Part shown: piece after piece, positions 47,991 through 58,030 of the stretch | Numbering within the stretch: the stretch's first letter is position 1 | Layout of the letters: each line of letters begins with the position of its first letter | DNA from: a virus | Virus record (IMG/VR): IMGVR_UViG_3300009103_002144 | Coordinates: 32,001-96,000 of that record | Direction: 5' to 3' (one strand) | DNA length: 64,000 nt | Notes under the pieces: model-generated | The model's database searches: none | The model's input: the letters and a program-made list of their open reading frames with translations, nothing else | What the model was told of the DNA's origin: nothing | Made by a program: the position numbers and the translations under genes

Positions 47991-50900
47991 TTATGGAGTT
48001 GTTGATTCTTTCAGTACGTAGACTATCTGAAAAGTGATATAGTTTGTCGACGTTGTCGATGTACCGTTCTCATCATAAAAAGTACTGTTTCCAGCTGTAA
48101 AGGTCATCCATAGCCTGTCACCTGCCTCGAAAGAGCATGAGCTAGCTCCAAAATCAAACGTCGTCGGTTTTCCGGCTCTCGAAGTGCTGAAATTCGTATT
48201 GTAGCTCATCGCAGCGGTATCAGAATCGACCGCGGTTAGGCCTGAAAGATCTGATATCGCTCCGTCATCAACTTTGTACCACTTGATGGTACTATTGATC
48301 AATGCAAATCCCTTCCCAATATTATAATCTGGGAGCGCTTCTACGAATTCAATATATCCATCACATGGTGCAATCCAGGAATACCGCCACTGTGTGGGAT
48401 GAGTTAGGCCGGAGCGGGTCGAATCGCCATCATCCGGCGAAGCCTTCACAACCATCTCGGTTGTATTATCGGCGTCAGACAGAAACATTCTCCATTGCAT
48501 ATAGTTTCTATGACCATCAATATCGATTGGCTTATCCGAACTCCCGGAAGATATCAAAGCGGTAGCAAGTACGCTGGTGGTAGCTGGCTCTATAACTACT
48601 CCACCGTCTGACCCAATTCTCATCCGCTTTGTACCAGAAGTAGCACCATCAGCAGTTGTATAAAAATCGATTTGTCCAGGCTGACTTACACCGTCAGTCC
48701 AGGTTCCTGTTCCAACTTCTCCAATAATTGCCGCAGCTATACCATAATCCACAGTATCAAACCCATGTGGCACAGAACCGGTTGCAGCCAAAAACCTGAT
48801 TTCTCCAAGGTTTTCTCCGTTAGCGAGAGTGCCATCACTAGCGTATTTTCTCATATTAAATTCTGGACCTGAGTTTTGAAGGGTCGCTCTACTGGTTATG
48901 TTCAATTGAGGAATCACACCGTTCCCGGTAGCCATAATGCTAACAGGATTTGTTGAATTGCTGTTTATGTTCGACCCACTAAAGCTTAAGACCTCCCCTC
49001 CACCTGCAGCGATTGGAGAATATAACTTATCGGCTCTAATACTCTTGAATGCTTTATCTGAAAATTGACCAGTTATTGTAGCGCGAGATCCAGCTGTTGC
49101 AGATGCCGCCCAGGACTGACCGGTCGCTATTTTAAAGCCAGCGTCAGAATAGGATGAGTAAGTTAAGACATCGCCGGCACCTGCACCTAGATGAGTCACA
49201 AAAACGTCTTTATAGCTAATTGGATTTTTTATCCAGAGGGCTGATGTAAAATCAGTGTCATATTCCAGAGTGATGTCTGTACTAGGGTCAAAGTATGCAC
49301 CGCCAGAATATTGAGCGTAATTAAGCGGCTCGACAATAATCTTAGTCCCATCCGTGTAATAGTAGGGACTGGAGTTTTTGCCAGTTATTTTTACCGTAAC
49401 AAGCATCTGCATCCCGAATTCATTGAGGTCGATTTCTCTCCCACTGAAGCTAACTAAGAAAGTCGCACATTGAGTATCCTGATGTGTAACCACACCAATC
49501 GAATCTGCTATTTTTAACCAGTAACCGTTTCCTGACACACCGGTGATATTGACTTGTGTACTAAGCGGCTTCTCGAAGCCTTTTTGGGCGTTCGCAATTC
49601 CATTAATTTGTAGTGTACCCGCAAGAGTAGTATTACCCGAACCGTCAAATGTTACGCAAGTATTGCCCCCACTGTCGCCGATATCATTACCTCTAATGAT
49701 CAGATCTCCATCAACATCAAGCTTAGCAGCTGGTGTTGGAGTCCCAATGGAAACGTTTCCACTGTCAAGAGTAAAGACAGTTGTTCCGCCGGAGTCTTGA
49801 ACTGTTCCGGCATCGACTCGAAGGGGAGCAGCTACTCGACAAGAAAGGGGGGTCATGAACAGGGCCAGCGCACCGTTTTGGTAGATCCTTTGTCCTTCAA
49901 TATCAATTCTGCCAGTAAATCGTACCGATGATGAGCTAATTCTCATCCTACGTACAGGACTAGTTTCTGCATTTCCCCTGGTATAGAAATCCATCCATGT
50001 TTCAGATAAATTTGTATCATCATGATTAGCCGAAGCAACACCTTCGATGTAAGCCCCCACCTGCTTTGTTCTTTCTGCGTATGTGGAAAAATTCGCATCC
50101 GAGCTCCACCAAGCGATTCTGCCGAGGTGATCACCGGCCATAATAGAACCTTTCGGTGAGGCGCTGCTTCCACCCATCGCGCTTGCATATGAGACAAGGT
50201 TAAGCGTTGGTTGTTGCTCTTGGCCTGCGTAATAGCCACTGCCGGCGATTGGCGATCCATTATATAGCGAGACGAGAGTTAAGGATCCAGAGGGTATATC
50301 TCCCTTATCAATCTCCCAATAGTATTGTTGAGTATTTTTGGGAAAGGCTCCAGCATAGGTGCCACTTACCAATATAGTTCCACCTTGATCATCGATTCTT
50401 AACCTGGTCCGGACCTGGTCTCCTTGAGCTATTTCAGCAGCAGATGTGTTGGCATCCAAAGAGTAAAGACTAACAGTAAAGTTCGATTTATGTGTTGACG
50501 ACCCATTGTTATTATACGCTTTGCTAAACCCAACCCGGCCGCTATATAGCTCTGTACTCTTATGAAATGAAGTATCGAAAGTTATTTGCGCCGCATTTTC
50601 CGCGCTTGTATTACTGTTATTTCGAAGAAATAATACCGATTTTGATACGTCAAAGGCGTCAACTGCTATCGAGGTGTTATTTTTATTTTCAATGTGCAAC
50701 GACGCAGTTGGAATATAACTCCCCCATTCGTTGCTAGAATTTTCAGCACTGGGAATAGTATTAGGCGCCCCAATTCCAATTTTCGTATTTTGCCCACCTG
50801 CCATAATGGTGAGTGCTCTATTTTTGAGGAGATGATTCGGCGCTGAAAGACCTCTTGCTCCATTTGCGATTGCCCAACTATTCATCCGTGCATTAGTACC

Positions 50901-52040
50901 ATATCTTTTCGGACTAACGCCCATATTCCAATTTCCGCCCGATCCGGCGGTTGGCGGGGACGTTCCAGCATTCGTATCATTGCTATGCTGGAATGAAATC
51001 ATTGGATAGTGGTTGCCATTGAATGAACCGTTATTTGGCCCAACTGCATTTATTTTTAACCATGAAGGAGCAGTTAGTTGAGACCCAGAGATAATAACAG
51101 ACCCATCGCCATCATCACCACCTGAATCTGGTTGACCGCCACCCCCTAATCGAACTGGTAAAGCGGCAGAACCAGCATCAGGTAAAACAAGCTTACCCTG
51201 GTTTTGGGCTTGGTCTCTACGTCGAAAAGAAAATCTTGACTTATTGGAGGCGCCATGATCGACATACAGTCCAGGGCTTGCAGTCTCACGAGCATCACCG
51301 TCCTGAGTGAACTCATAGCCGGATACGGCACCATCTTTTGAGTCCATAGCCATATAGGCATTACCTTCAGGACTAGAAACTCTAAATTGTTGATATGGTA
51401 CACCGCCAGCGGATGATTGATTGTTAGGCCAAGTATTTGTACCGTCAGTCCATTCCCCGGGATGCCCAACTTGTAGATACCCAACACTGGCACTACCATA
51501 AACGACGAGATCTTTGTCAATACCAACCGAACCAGCAGCTGTATTCATTCTTGCTTGCCACCCAGGGCTAGCGGTCCCGGCTGCTGATGAAGCTGAAATG
51601 ATCATCCTTGGAAATGCTATACCTTGATTTGTGGAATTATCTTCAGTATGAAAACTCAGTTCGGTTCGTCTATTTTCATTTGTAGCCCATGTACCCTTTG
51701 CCGTCGCTCTTATTTCTGCACCGACACCTGGGTTGGTGTCTTCACCACGCCAGACTATTGTTCCAAGTCTATCGCCAGACTGGATATTACTATTCAAATT
51801 CGAAAAAGTGGCAGATGCTTGTCCAGTAGCGTCTCCAATCCCTAGAGGGTTTGATCCAGTAATTGAAACCCCGCCTTGAATGTCAGCTGTTCCTGTTAAA
51901 ATTAGCGCCCGCAGCTGGCTGTCAGTGCGTCCTACTGAGCTGGAGAGAATTCCGCTTGTCTTGATATCGCCTTTTGAATTAAGCGACCCGGTTACGTGAG
52001 TTTGGTTTGACCCAGTAAAATGAAGAGAAAAAATCGCCAT
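47991..52040 (-). CDS. Tail fibre protein (1349 aa) with three copies of an internal module
   Basis: G[DE].LG.I.[WF]...[GA]A.I.[AG]...[LMI].F[HY]T...RM.I occurs three times. GNVSIGTPTPAAKLDVDGD is a typical fibre-shaft motif. Confidence 0.8.
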   Translation of the reverse strand: MAIFSLHFTGSNQTHVTGSLNSKGDIKTSGILSSSVGRTDSQLRALILTGTADIQGGVSITGSNPLGIGDATGQASATFSNLNSNIQSGDRLGTIVWRGEDTNPGVGAEIRATAKGTWATNENRRTELSFHTEDNSTNQGIAFPRMIISASSAAGTASPGWQARMNTAAGSVGIDKDLVVYGSASVGYLQVGHPGEWTDGTNTWPNNQSSAGGVPYQQFRVSSPEGNAYMAMDSKDGAVSGYEFTQDGDARETASPGLYVDHGASNKSRFSFRRRDQAQNQGKLVLPDAGSAALPVRLGGGGQPDSGGDDGDGSVIISGSQLTAPSWLKINAVGPNNGSFNGNHYPMISFQHSNDTNAGTSPPTAGSGGNWNMGVSPKRYGTNARMNSWAIANGARGLSAPNHLLKNRALTIMAGGQNTKIGIGAPNTIPSAENSSNEWGSYIPTASLHIENKNNTSIAVDAFDVSKSVLFLRNNSNTSAENAAQITFDTSFHKSTELYSGRVGFSKAYNNNGSSTHKSNFTVSLYSLDANTSAAEIAQGDQVRTRLRIDDQGGTILVSGTYAGAFPKNTQQYYWEIDKGDIPSGSLTLVSLYNGSPIAGSGYYAGQEQQPTLNLVSYASAMGGSSASPKGSIMAGDHLGRIAWWSSDANFSTYAERTKQVGAYIEGVASANHDDTNLSETWMDFYTRGNAETSPVRRMRISSSSVRFTGRIDIEGQRIYQNGALALFMTPLSCRVAAPLRVDAGTVQDSGGTTVFTLDSGNVSIGTPTPAAKLDVDGDLIIRGNDIGDSGGNTCVTFDGSGNTTLAGTLQINGIANAQKGFEKPLSTQVNITGVSGNGYWLKIADSIGVVTHQDTQCATFLVSFSGREIDLNEFGMQMLVTVKITGKNSSPYYYTDGTKIIVEPLNYAQYSGGAYFDPSTDITLEYDTDFTSALWIKNPISYKDVFVTHLGAGAGDVLTYSSYSDAGFKIATGQSWAASATAGSRATITGQFSDKAFKSIRADKLYSPIAAGGGEVLSFSGSNINSNSTNPVSIMATGNGVIPQLNITSRATLQNSGPEFNMRKYASDGTLANGENLGEIRFLAATGSVPHGFDTVDYGIAAAIIGEVGTGTWTDGVSQPGQIDFYTTADGATSGTKRMRIGSDGGVVIEPATTSVLATALISSGSSDKPIDIDGHRNYMQWRMFLSDADNTTEMVVKASPDDGDSTRSGLTHPTQWRYSWIAPCDGYIEFVEALPDYNIGKGFALINSTIKWYKVDDGAISDLSGLTAVDSDTAAMSYNTNFSTSRAGKPTTFDFGASSCSFEAGDRLWMTFTAGNSTFYDENGTSTTSTNYITFQIVYVLKESTTP

Positions 52041-55000
52041 TATTCATCATCCTCCAAGGGTGTAAGCCCCATCTTGTATTTTTTTCCTGTTATGTTGTTC
52101 ACAACAACTAGCATGTCTCTTTCCTCGTATATTGTCCAGTCACCCCGATTGTTTTTCAGATGAAGGTCACCAGTATAGACATTCGCCCATCGAGCAGTAG
52201 AACTTCCGAGGTTATATTCGCTATCAAATCCAGGAAGAAGACTTCCGGATACTGCTAGATTTCCTTCGAACCCGCTTCCTGTTGAGGTATTACCGCTCGA
52301 GCCCATTGAAAAACTTATACGCCCGCTTGCAGTGCGATTCGCAATATGTAATATTTTCGGACCAGGTTGAGAACCAGCTGTATTAGTATATTGAATGAAT
52401 GTGCTAGCTTCATTTGGATCCCAAAAAAGCTTTCTACTATTTCCTGCATTGGTTTGAATGGAAATATTTTTGTTGCTATTGATTATCATTGACATATCAG
52501 CAACAGCGCTACCACCAACGCCGAACCCAAGTTGCCCGGCACTTCCTGTTACAAAAACCCCGCCGTATGTAAAGAATCCGTTTGAGTCGGCGATAGGAGC
52601 TATCTTTATTTGTCCGACCTTTGCAGACCCAACAACATCAAGAAGAATATCATCACCTGTTACAGCAGCATTATGAAGCCAAATTGCTCCGTTATCTACA
52701 GTCACTTCTCGACCAAGACCTGCACCCTCAACCCCGGCATCATTTGTATCGTAAGCTTTATTAAGGCTTCCACCGAAGCTAGTATTATCACTCGTAAGCG
52801 TTCCTGAAATGTGTACATCACCGCCAAATAGCGATATCGATCTTCTGTTTAATTGATTTGCGATGTCTGCCGGCGCTCGAGTTCGCATTCCAATAGCACC
52901 ACTAACGAAGAAGAAGACATCAGAGTTTCCTGCGCCTGAATCATTACTGCTAACCAGGTTGGTCGGCCGTGGATTATTGTCTGAATATCCGTCAAATCCA
53001 CTATCGAATGAGAATGATCCGGTGGTCATTCCATAATTTGGTACATTCAACGCAGTCCTTGTTACACTAAAGAGGTCATCACTGACTGCTAAGCTTGCTA
53101 GCTGTGTTAGTGACTTAGCGGTTCCCAATGAATTGTCTCGGAACATTAAGTTGGTACCAGATTTCTGGATGTAATGATTTGCATCGTAGAATCGAAGATA
53201 AGCAGAGGTGGATGTTAATGTAAGATTCGACAACTCAATGCTTCCCGCACCTAAAGCGCCAGAAACGTAAACATCGCCACCAAACAATGCAGTTGCTCTT
53301 GTAGCGGCCGCCGTATCGCCAGCTTGATACTTGCTACCGGTAGACCCACTAAAGAATAGTAGAACATCATCGCCGTTTGCAGGATCAATATTCGGATTAG
53401 AATCGCTAAATGTATTATGAAGCATTACTCGTCCGGTATTATCATGTCCTATAACGGTGATCGCTGGTGAAGTTGTCGGAGCATTACTGTATATCTTTGT
53501 GTCAACAGCGACCTGGCCACCATTTATATTCAGTGTCTTTATTGATGACTGACCATCTGCATTCAATATTTCGGTTCCAGAAGAGATTAATTTTATTCTT
53601 CTATCTTGGAATCTAATAGCTGTTTGAGGCGCACCACCTACGCTATTCTCTTGTCCGTCATGATAAATGTATTCTCCAAGCGCCATGCTTCCTGATATGA
53701 CAACATCGCCGGTAAATAAGGACGTTCCACGATTGTGCTTAAGTGGTAGATTACCTGCTGAACCAGAAAAGATCAAGGTGACATCTTCATTCTTATCCGT
53801 GAACATTCCGTTATCGAGTTCACCAGCGCTATAGCCTAATGATGCATATCCGGTATCCGGAGCAATATTGGGGGCAGATGAAGTAAAGATAAGGACGGCG
53901 CCGGTACCTGCGCCTTGTGCTGTGTTTGCCTCGGCAGCAAAAATCTCAACAGATTGTCCCATCCCAGTTGTTTTAACTGTTATTTCTTTCGACGTGCCGT
54001 AAGAAAGATTTCCGTTGGATGTTTGTCCACTACCATTGATGTACTTGTTGTCGCTCGCAAAATAGATGTTTTGTCCATCTGTAAATTTGAGGCCCTGCAT
54101 AGAGCCCATTAAATCAAGCTCAAGTTTGTTTCCAGTTAATGTCCATCGTACAGGGTTTGCAACGGCTTCATTAAAGTAAAGGTGCTGAGCGCTAGATAGA
54201 TCCATTGAATAAAATGATGCAGACATCTGAAGCGTCTGACCATTAGCTTTCATCAAGAGCCCATTCGGATTCGTTCCATCGCCTTGCCTAACTAGAAGAT
54301 TATCTGAACCCAATTCTATTGTTGGAGCATTAGACAACCTGAGACCTGTCGCGAGATTGAGGTCTAGCCTATTATTCGATGTGCCTTGCGCGGATTGAAA
54401 GAATACATTATCGTTAACATCAAGATAGATTTTCTGTGCTGTGCCAGATACACCCGTAGAATTAAAGGAATAACTAGACCCACTGAATACCATCGGCCCG
54501 AGCGCTCCACCACCGCTAAGAGTGCCTGCATGTAGTGTAAGTTGTCCAGCACTTCCCGTATTACCCACTTTAACGTTATACGTCGAAGCACCTGGAACTT
54601 GGGATGCTGTGACTGTCATTCCGGCAGCTGTTCTAAACCCAGCAGCTCTGAGATCAATTGGAACAGTTCCACCAAGATTTTCATCCACGCCTGGATGGGC
54701 GTGCATCGCCATCCGGCCTACTAAGAATGTATCAATTCCATGTCCGGAACCATAAGTCTGTGTATCTCTCCCGAATACAAGCGCAGGAACAAACGTACCA
54801 ACGCCATGTCCATAATCAGACTTCATCCATTCAACTCTAGACCCGGATGATATCGCTATTCCTCCACCTGAATTTCTTTGTACACTTCCAGAGTTTATTT
54901 CCAGTACAGGATCTGAAAGAGATGCAGTAATAACATGACCCTTAATAAAGTCCCCATGAACCGTGAGGTTACCCCATACATCTGCATTACCGGGGTTGCC

Positions 55001-57283
55001 AGATGTTCCAACATGAAGATCTTTCCCGGTTGTAACTAGAGATGCATTTCCGCCAAGAAAGACGGGGATATTTGTCGAATCTGTCGCTAATTGAACACCA
55101 TGCACAGTTGAATCAGCATTGATATATACCCCAGCGTTCCCCGCTCCTTTCGCACCGATTTTAACCTCAGACCCGCTGAATATCAATTGCGACGTCGCAT
55201 GGATCGATGCACCGGCGTCGGAGGTTGCAATAAGACCTGTGAGGCCAGCATTTATATCAATCACAGTCGCGTTTAATTCGACTTCCGTTGTCGCTGCGCC
55301 AACCTGAATCTTGGATGTGTTTGCACTCGTGCCTATGGAGATATTGTTACCTGTTGGTCCGGCATCGATAAGAACGCTATTACTACCGGTCATAATCAGT
55401 AAGCCATCAGCATTAAGCGTTAAGGAGGCTTTGCTACTTCCTGTTCCCACCGTTTTTATGGTGTGAGCGCCTTGGTTTCCAGAGCCGCTCATCTGTAGAT
55501 AATTATTTTGGTAACCACTTGCCCCTGAACCACTCGATGCTAGCGTTACTGTATATCCACCTTTCCCAGCAGTGTCTTCGGGATCGACAGAATGATGTTC
55601 AATTACAAAGATCTTCTCTGTCGATTCAGTCTTTCCAGTGTTGAAGCGGTTCCACCCCCGGTTCCATACAGATACGTCACCACCGCGAGAGGTGATATTG
55701 ATAACTCCATCTGTGTCATTTGCATCGTACCCGGCGGTGATATTGATGTCATCGGTTGCTCTCAGCTGAATGTTGTCTTCTGACGTCAGATACATGTCTC
55801 CGAGACCGGCACCTATCTTTATTCCACTACTAGGCTTGGACGCTGTTATAATCAGCGTATGGGAACCAGGATAATCGTATTTATTTTTGGGACCAGCACC
55901 GGATGCGGCTTCTTGGTAGAAGATAGCTGTATCACCGCCGCCTTTTGTTCCACCACCATAAAAACTAATCCCAAGCTCCTGGCCAAATTCACCTTGGGTT
56001 GGTGAGCTTTCCTTTCCTGGAATGTAAATTCCACTTGAAGCCGTCACTTCCCCATATTCGAATTCAAAATGTACGGGATAGGTGTTTGTTCCCTGAAATC
56101 TTAGTCTGGCATTATCATCGGCCCCTGGGGTACGGGGTTGATGTCGAATTCGTAACCGAACATCGCGTGAATCAAAATAAAAGTCCCTGAACGGATCAAG
56201 TGCTATATCACCAGAACCAGATATCGTAAAAACGCTCTTGTCTGGATTGTCCTTGGAGAATCCGCCCGCTCTTCCAGCATGTAGCCCATCACCCGCAACC
56301 AGGAACCGGAAACCACCCTTTTTTAATCCAGCATCAATAGAGCTTGAGTTAATAAAATCAGAATACCAGTGTGACGGTACAGGTTTCCCCCCGATATTTG
56401 TATCGGCAGATCCTGAAATGCTCCACCGATCTTGTTGAACATAAGTTGGGACCATGGGGGGCCCAACTGCTGCGGGCTTGTAGGAAGCAGTAGTTGCATG
56501 CCCGAAGCTAGGGCCTTCCTGAAAGGCGGGCCCGCCTGCGGTGCCGCCGGGAGTATTTGTGGGGTGGTGCCAGCTGGCAGAGTTGTTAAGGATTATATCT
56601 TCACTTGGATCATAAAATCCCGATCCATCACCGGAGAGATTTCCAGAAATATGAACATCGCCTTCGAATAATGCGATACCACCGGTCTGCATTCCTCTTC
56701 CACCGACTGAACCCGAGAATACTACGAAAGCATCTTTATTTTTTGTTAAGTTATTTACCTTGCCTGCCCAGTCTGTCATCCTAAATGAAACTCTAGGTGG
56801 GATGATCGAGTTTCCCTTCTGGATTACTAATGCATCCTGGGTCTCACCACCATACAGCGTTGGAGAAGAGAATAAGTTTCCAGATAGAAACGTATTATCA
56901 AACACCTGGAAATCACCATCGACAGTCTTATCAACGTTAATAACTTGTCGTTTACCGAAAAGCGTTCCACTGATTATGACATCTCCCATAAAGAGTACAG
57001 CGCTTCCTCCCGGACTAACAACTGGTTTGTCAATGTGTTCACCGGTGTTTGCAGTACCAGAGAATACCAACCATGGCTCATTCCCAAACTCTTCGAACAT
57101 GCCGGCGTCTACCATGGTACCACCATGGTCCTGTGCATTACTAGCAGACATAATAACCATTCCTAAGTGTGGATGGTATTTCAAGTTGCTTTCTTGCTCA
57201 CTCCCGCCAACGGTCGGCCAAGCTGTACCTGAAGCAATTATTGTGTGAAATCGTATTTGATCTGCTCTAAAATCCTTAGCCAT
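52040..57283 (-). CDS. Long tail fibre protein (1747 aa) with five internal repeats
   Basis: Five copies of [FV]SG[STA]...LF.GDV.[IV]SG. The C-terminus YNLGSSTARWANVYTGDLHLKN...WTIYEE...NNITGKKYK resembles a fibre terminal module of aquatic phages. Confidence 0.82.
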   Translation of the reverse strand: MAKDFRADQIRFHTIIASGTAWPTVGGSEQESNLKYHPHLGMVIMSASNAQDHGGTMVDAGMFEEFGNEPWLVFSGTANTGEHIDKPVVSPGGSAVLFMGDVIISGTLFGKRQVINVDKTVDGDFQVFDNTFLSGNLFSSPTLYGGETQDALVIQKGNSIIPPRVSFRMTDWAGKVNNLTKNKDAFVVFSGSVGGRGMQTGGIALFEGDVHISGNLSGDGSGFYDPSEDIILNNSASWHHPTNTPGGTAGGPAFQEGPSFGHATTASYKPAAVGPPMVPTYVQQDRWSISGSADTNIGGKPVPSHWYSDFINSSSIDAGLKKGGFRFLVAGDGLHAGRAGGFSKDNPDKSVFTISGSGDIALDPFRDFYFDSRDVRLRIRHQPRTPGADDNARLRFQGTNTYPVHFEFEYGEVTASSGIYIPGKESSPTQGEFGQELGISFYGGGTKGGGDTAIFYQEAASGAGPKNKYDYPGSHTLIITASKPSSGIKIGAGLGDMYLTSEDNIQLRATDDINITAGYDANDTDGVINITSRGGDVSVWNRGWNRFNTGKTESTEKIFVIEHHSVDPEDTAGKGGYTVTLASSGSGASGYQNNYLQMSGSGNQGAHTIKTVGTGSSKASLTLNADGLLIMTGSNSVLIDAGPTGNNISIGTSANTSKIQVGAATTEVELNATVIDINAGLTGLIATSDAGASIHATSQLIFSGSEVKIGAKGAGNAGVYINADSTVHGVQLATDSTNIPVFLGGNASLVTTGKDLHVGTSGNPGNADVWGNLTVHGDFIKGHVITASLSDPVLEINSGSVQRNSGGGIAISSGSRVEWMKSDYGHGVGTFVPALVFGRDTQTYGSGHGIDTFLVGRMAMHAHPGVDENLGGTVPIDLRAAGFRTAAGMTVTASQVPGASTYNVKVGNTGSAGQLTLHAGTLSGGGALGPMVFSGSSYSFNSTGVSGTAQKIYLDVNDNVFFQSAQGTSNNRLDLNLATGLRLSNAPTIELGSDNLLVRQGDGTNPNGLLMKANGQTLQMSASFYSMDLSSAQHLYFNEAVANPVRWTLTGNKLELDLMGSMQGLKFTDGQNIYFASDNKYINGSGQTSNGNLSYGTSKEITVKTTGMGQSVEIFAAEANTAQGAGTGAVLIFTSSAPNIAPDTGYASLGYSAGELDNGMFTDKNEDVTLIFSGSAGNLPLKHNRGTSLFTGDVVISGSMALGEYIYHDGQENSVGGAPQTAIRFQDRRIKLISSGTEILNADGQSSIKTLNINGGQVAVDTKIYSNAPTTSPAITVIGHDNTGRVMLHNTFSDSNPNIDPANGDDVLLFFSGSTGSKYQAGDTAAATRATALFGGDVYVSGALGAGSIELSNLTLTSTSAYLRFYDANHYIQKSGTNLMFRDNSLGTAKSLTQLASLAVSDDLFSVTRTALNVPNYGMTTGSFSFDSGFDGYSDNNPRPTNLVSSNDSGAGNSDVFFFVSGAIGMRTRAPADIANQLNRRSISLFGGDVHISGTLTSDNTSFGGSLNKAYDTNDAGVEGAGLGREVTVDNGAIWLHNAAVTGDDILLDVVGSAKVGQIKIAPIADSNGFFTYGGVFVTGSAGQLGFGVGGSAVADMSMIINSNKNISIQTNAGNSRKLFWDPNEASTFIQYTNTAGSQPGPKILHIANRTASGRISFSMGSSGNTSTGSGFEGNLAVSGSLLPGFDSEYNLGSSTARWANVYTGDLHLKNNRGDWTIYEERDMLVVVNNITGKKYKMGLTPLEDDE

Positions 57284-57292
57284 TTTTTCCTC

Positions 57293-57634
57293 TTATGCCC
57301 ACGTAGAAAGAGCTTGATAGTTTATCGTAAGTGAACCGCTTATGAACGCTGATGAAGAAGCCATCCACTTCCACTGCTCTAAGGTGGGATCCCACACTAT
57401 CGAGGTGGTAAAAGTATTTACGTTTGCAACTTCTCCTGTGGGGGTAAGTATTACGGTTGGTTTCGCGCGTTCTGGATGTTGTGAATTATCTAAATATTGA
57501 GTGGCGGAGTCTGATGCTTGAGATATGGTGATCTGTCCCCATGAAATCCCAGCCTCAGAATTCCTAAAGTAGGTATATGTCGATGGGGGTGATGAGCCAC
57601 TTAGTATTTTATCTCTATAAGGCCAAGATGCCAT
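57293..57634 (-). CDS. Small beta-rich virion / fibre-associated protein
   Basis: Start reassigned to ATG 57634 (TAATG overlap with the upstream stop). PTVILTP...NVN...SSS...G...YQA pattern is shared with the upstream gene. Confidence 0.65.
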   Translation of the reverse strand: MASWPYRDKILSGSSPPSTYTYFRNSEAGISWGQITISQASDSATQYLDNSQHPERAKPTVILTPTGEVANVNTFTTSIVWDPTLEQWKWMASSSAFISGSLTINYQALSTWA

Positions 57635-57996
57635 TACGTCCCCGCCTTCACTGATTGAATCAAAACAGTGCCTGTCCATTTTGTACTAGCTGCAATCGTA
57701 ACAGAGGCCTTTTTACTACCTGGGGCAGCAATGCCACCAATCTCAATTTTAGTTAGATAAATGTTGAGGTCACTATCGTTAGAGTCTCCAAGTGGTGTTG
57801 CAGTTATGACAGGTGTCGAGTCATAATTCTCTTTTAGTGTAAACGTGACAGATTCTTCGTCTACAAACTTAACTTCCCACGTCTCGATGATTAGCGGTCC
57901 GTCTCCCATATAGGAATTTACGGGTAACTTGCGAAACCGAGGGTATACTTTTCGATATCGATTTTTATCAATCTTCTTTAGCTTTGTACTTCCCAT
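57634..57996 (-). CDS. Small beta-rich virion / fibre-associated protein with basic N-terminus
   Basis: GAGGTG RBS; first gene of the fibre operon; VTFTLKENYDSTPVITATP...LNIY...AST...G...IQS. Confidence 0.7.
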   Translation of the reverse strand: MGSTKLKKIDKNRYRKVYPRFRKLPVNSYMGDGPLIIETWEVKFVDEESVTFTLKENYDSTPVITATPLGDSNDSDLNIYLTKIEIGGIAAPGSKKASVTIAASTKWTGTVLIQSVKAGT

Positions 57997-58010
57997 CAGA
58001 CACCTCTTCT

Positions 58011-58018
58011 CTAAATAT
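58011..58018 (-). promoter_or_regulatory. Candidate late promoter core ATATTTAG upstream of the tail-fibre operon
   Basis: Same 8-mer and nearly the same spacing as at 21876-21883, in a gap of only 34 bp. Confidence 0.55.
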
Positions 58019-58030
58019 GCACGGGAAGAG

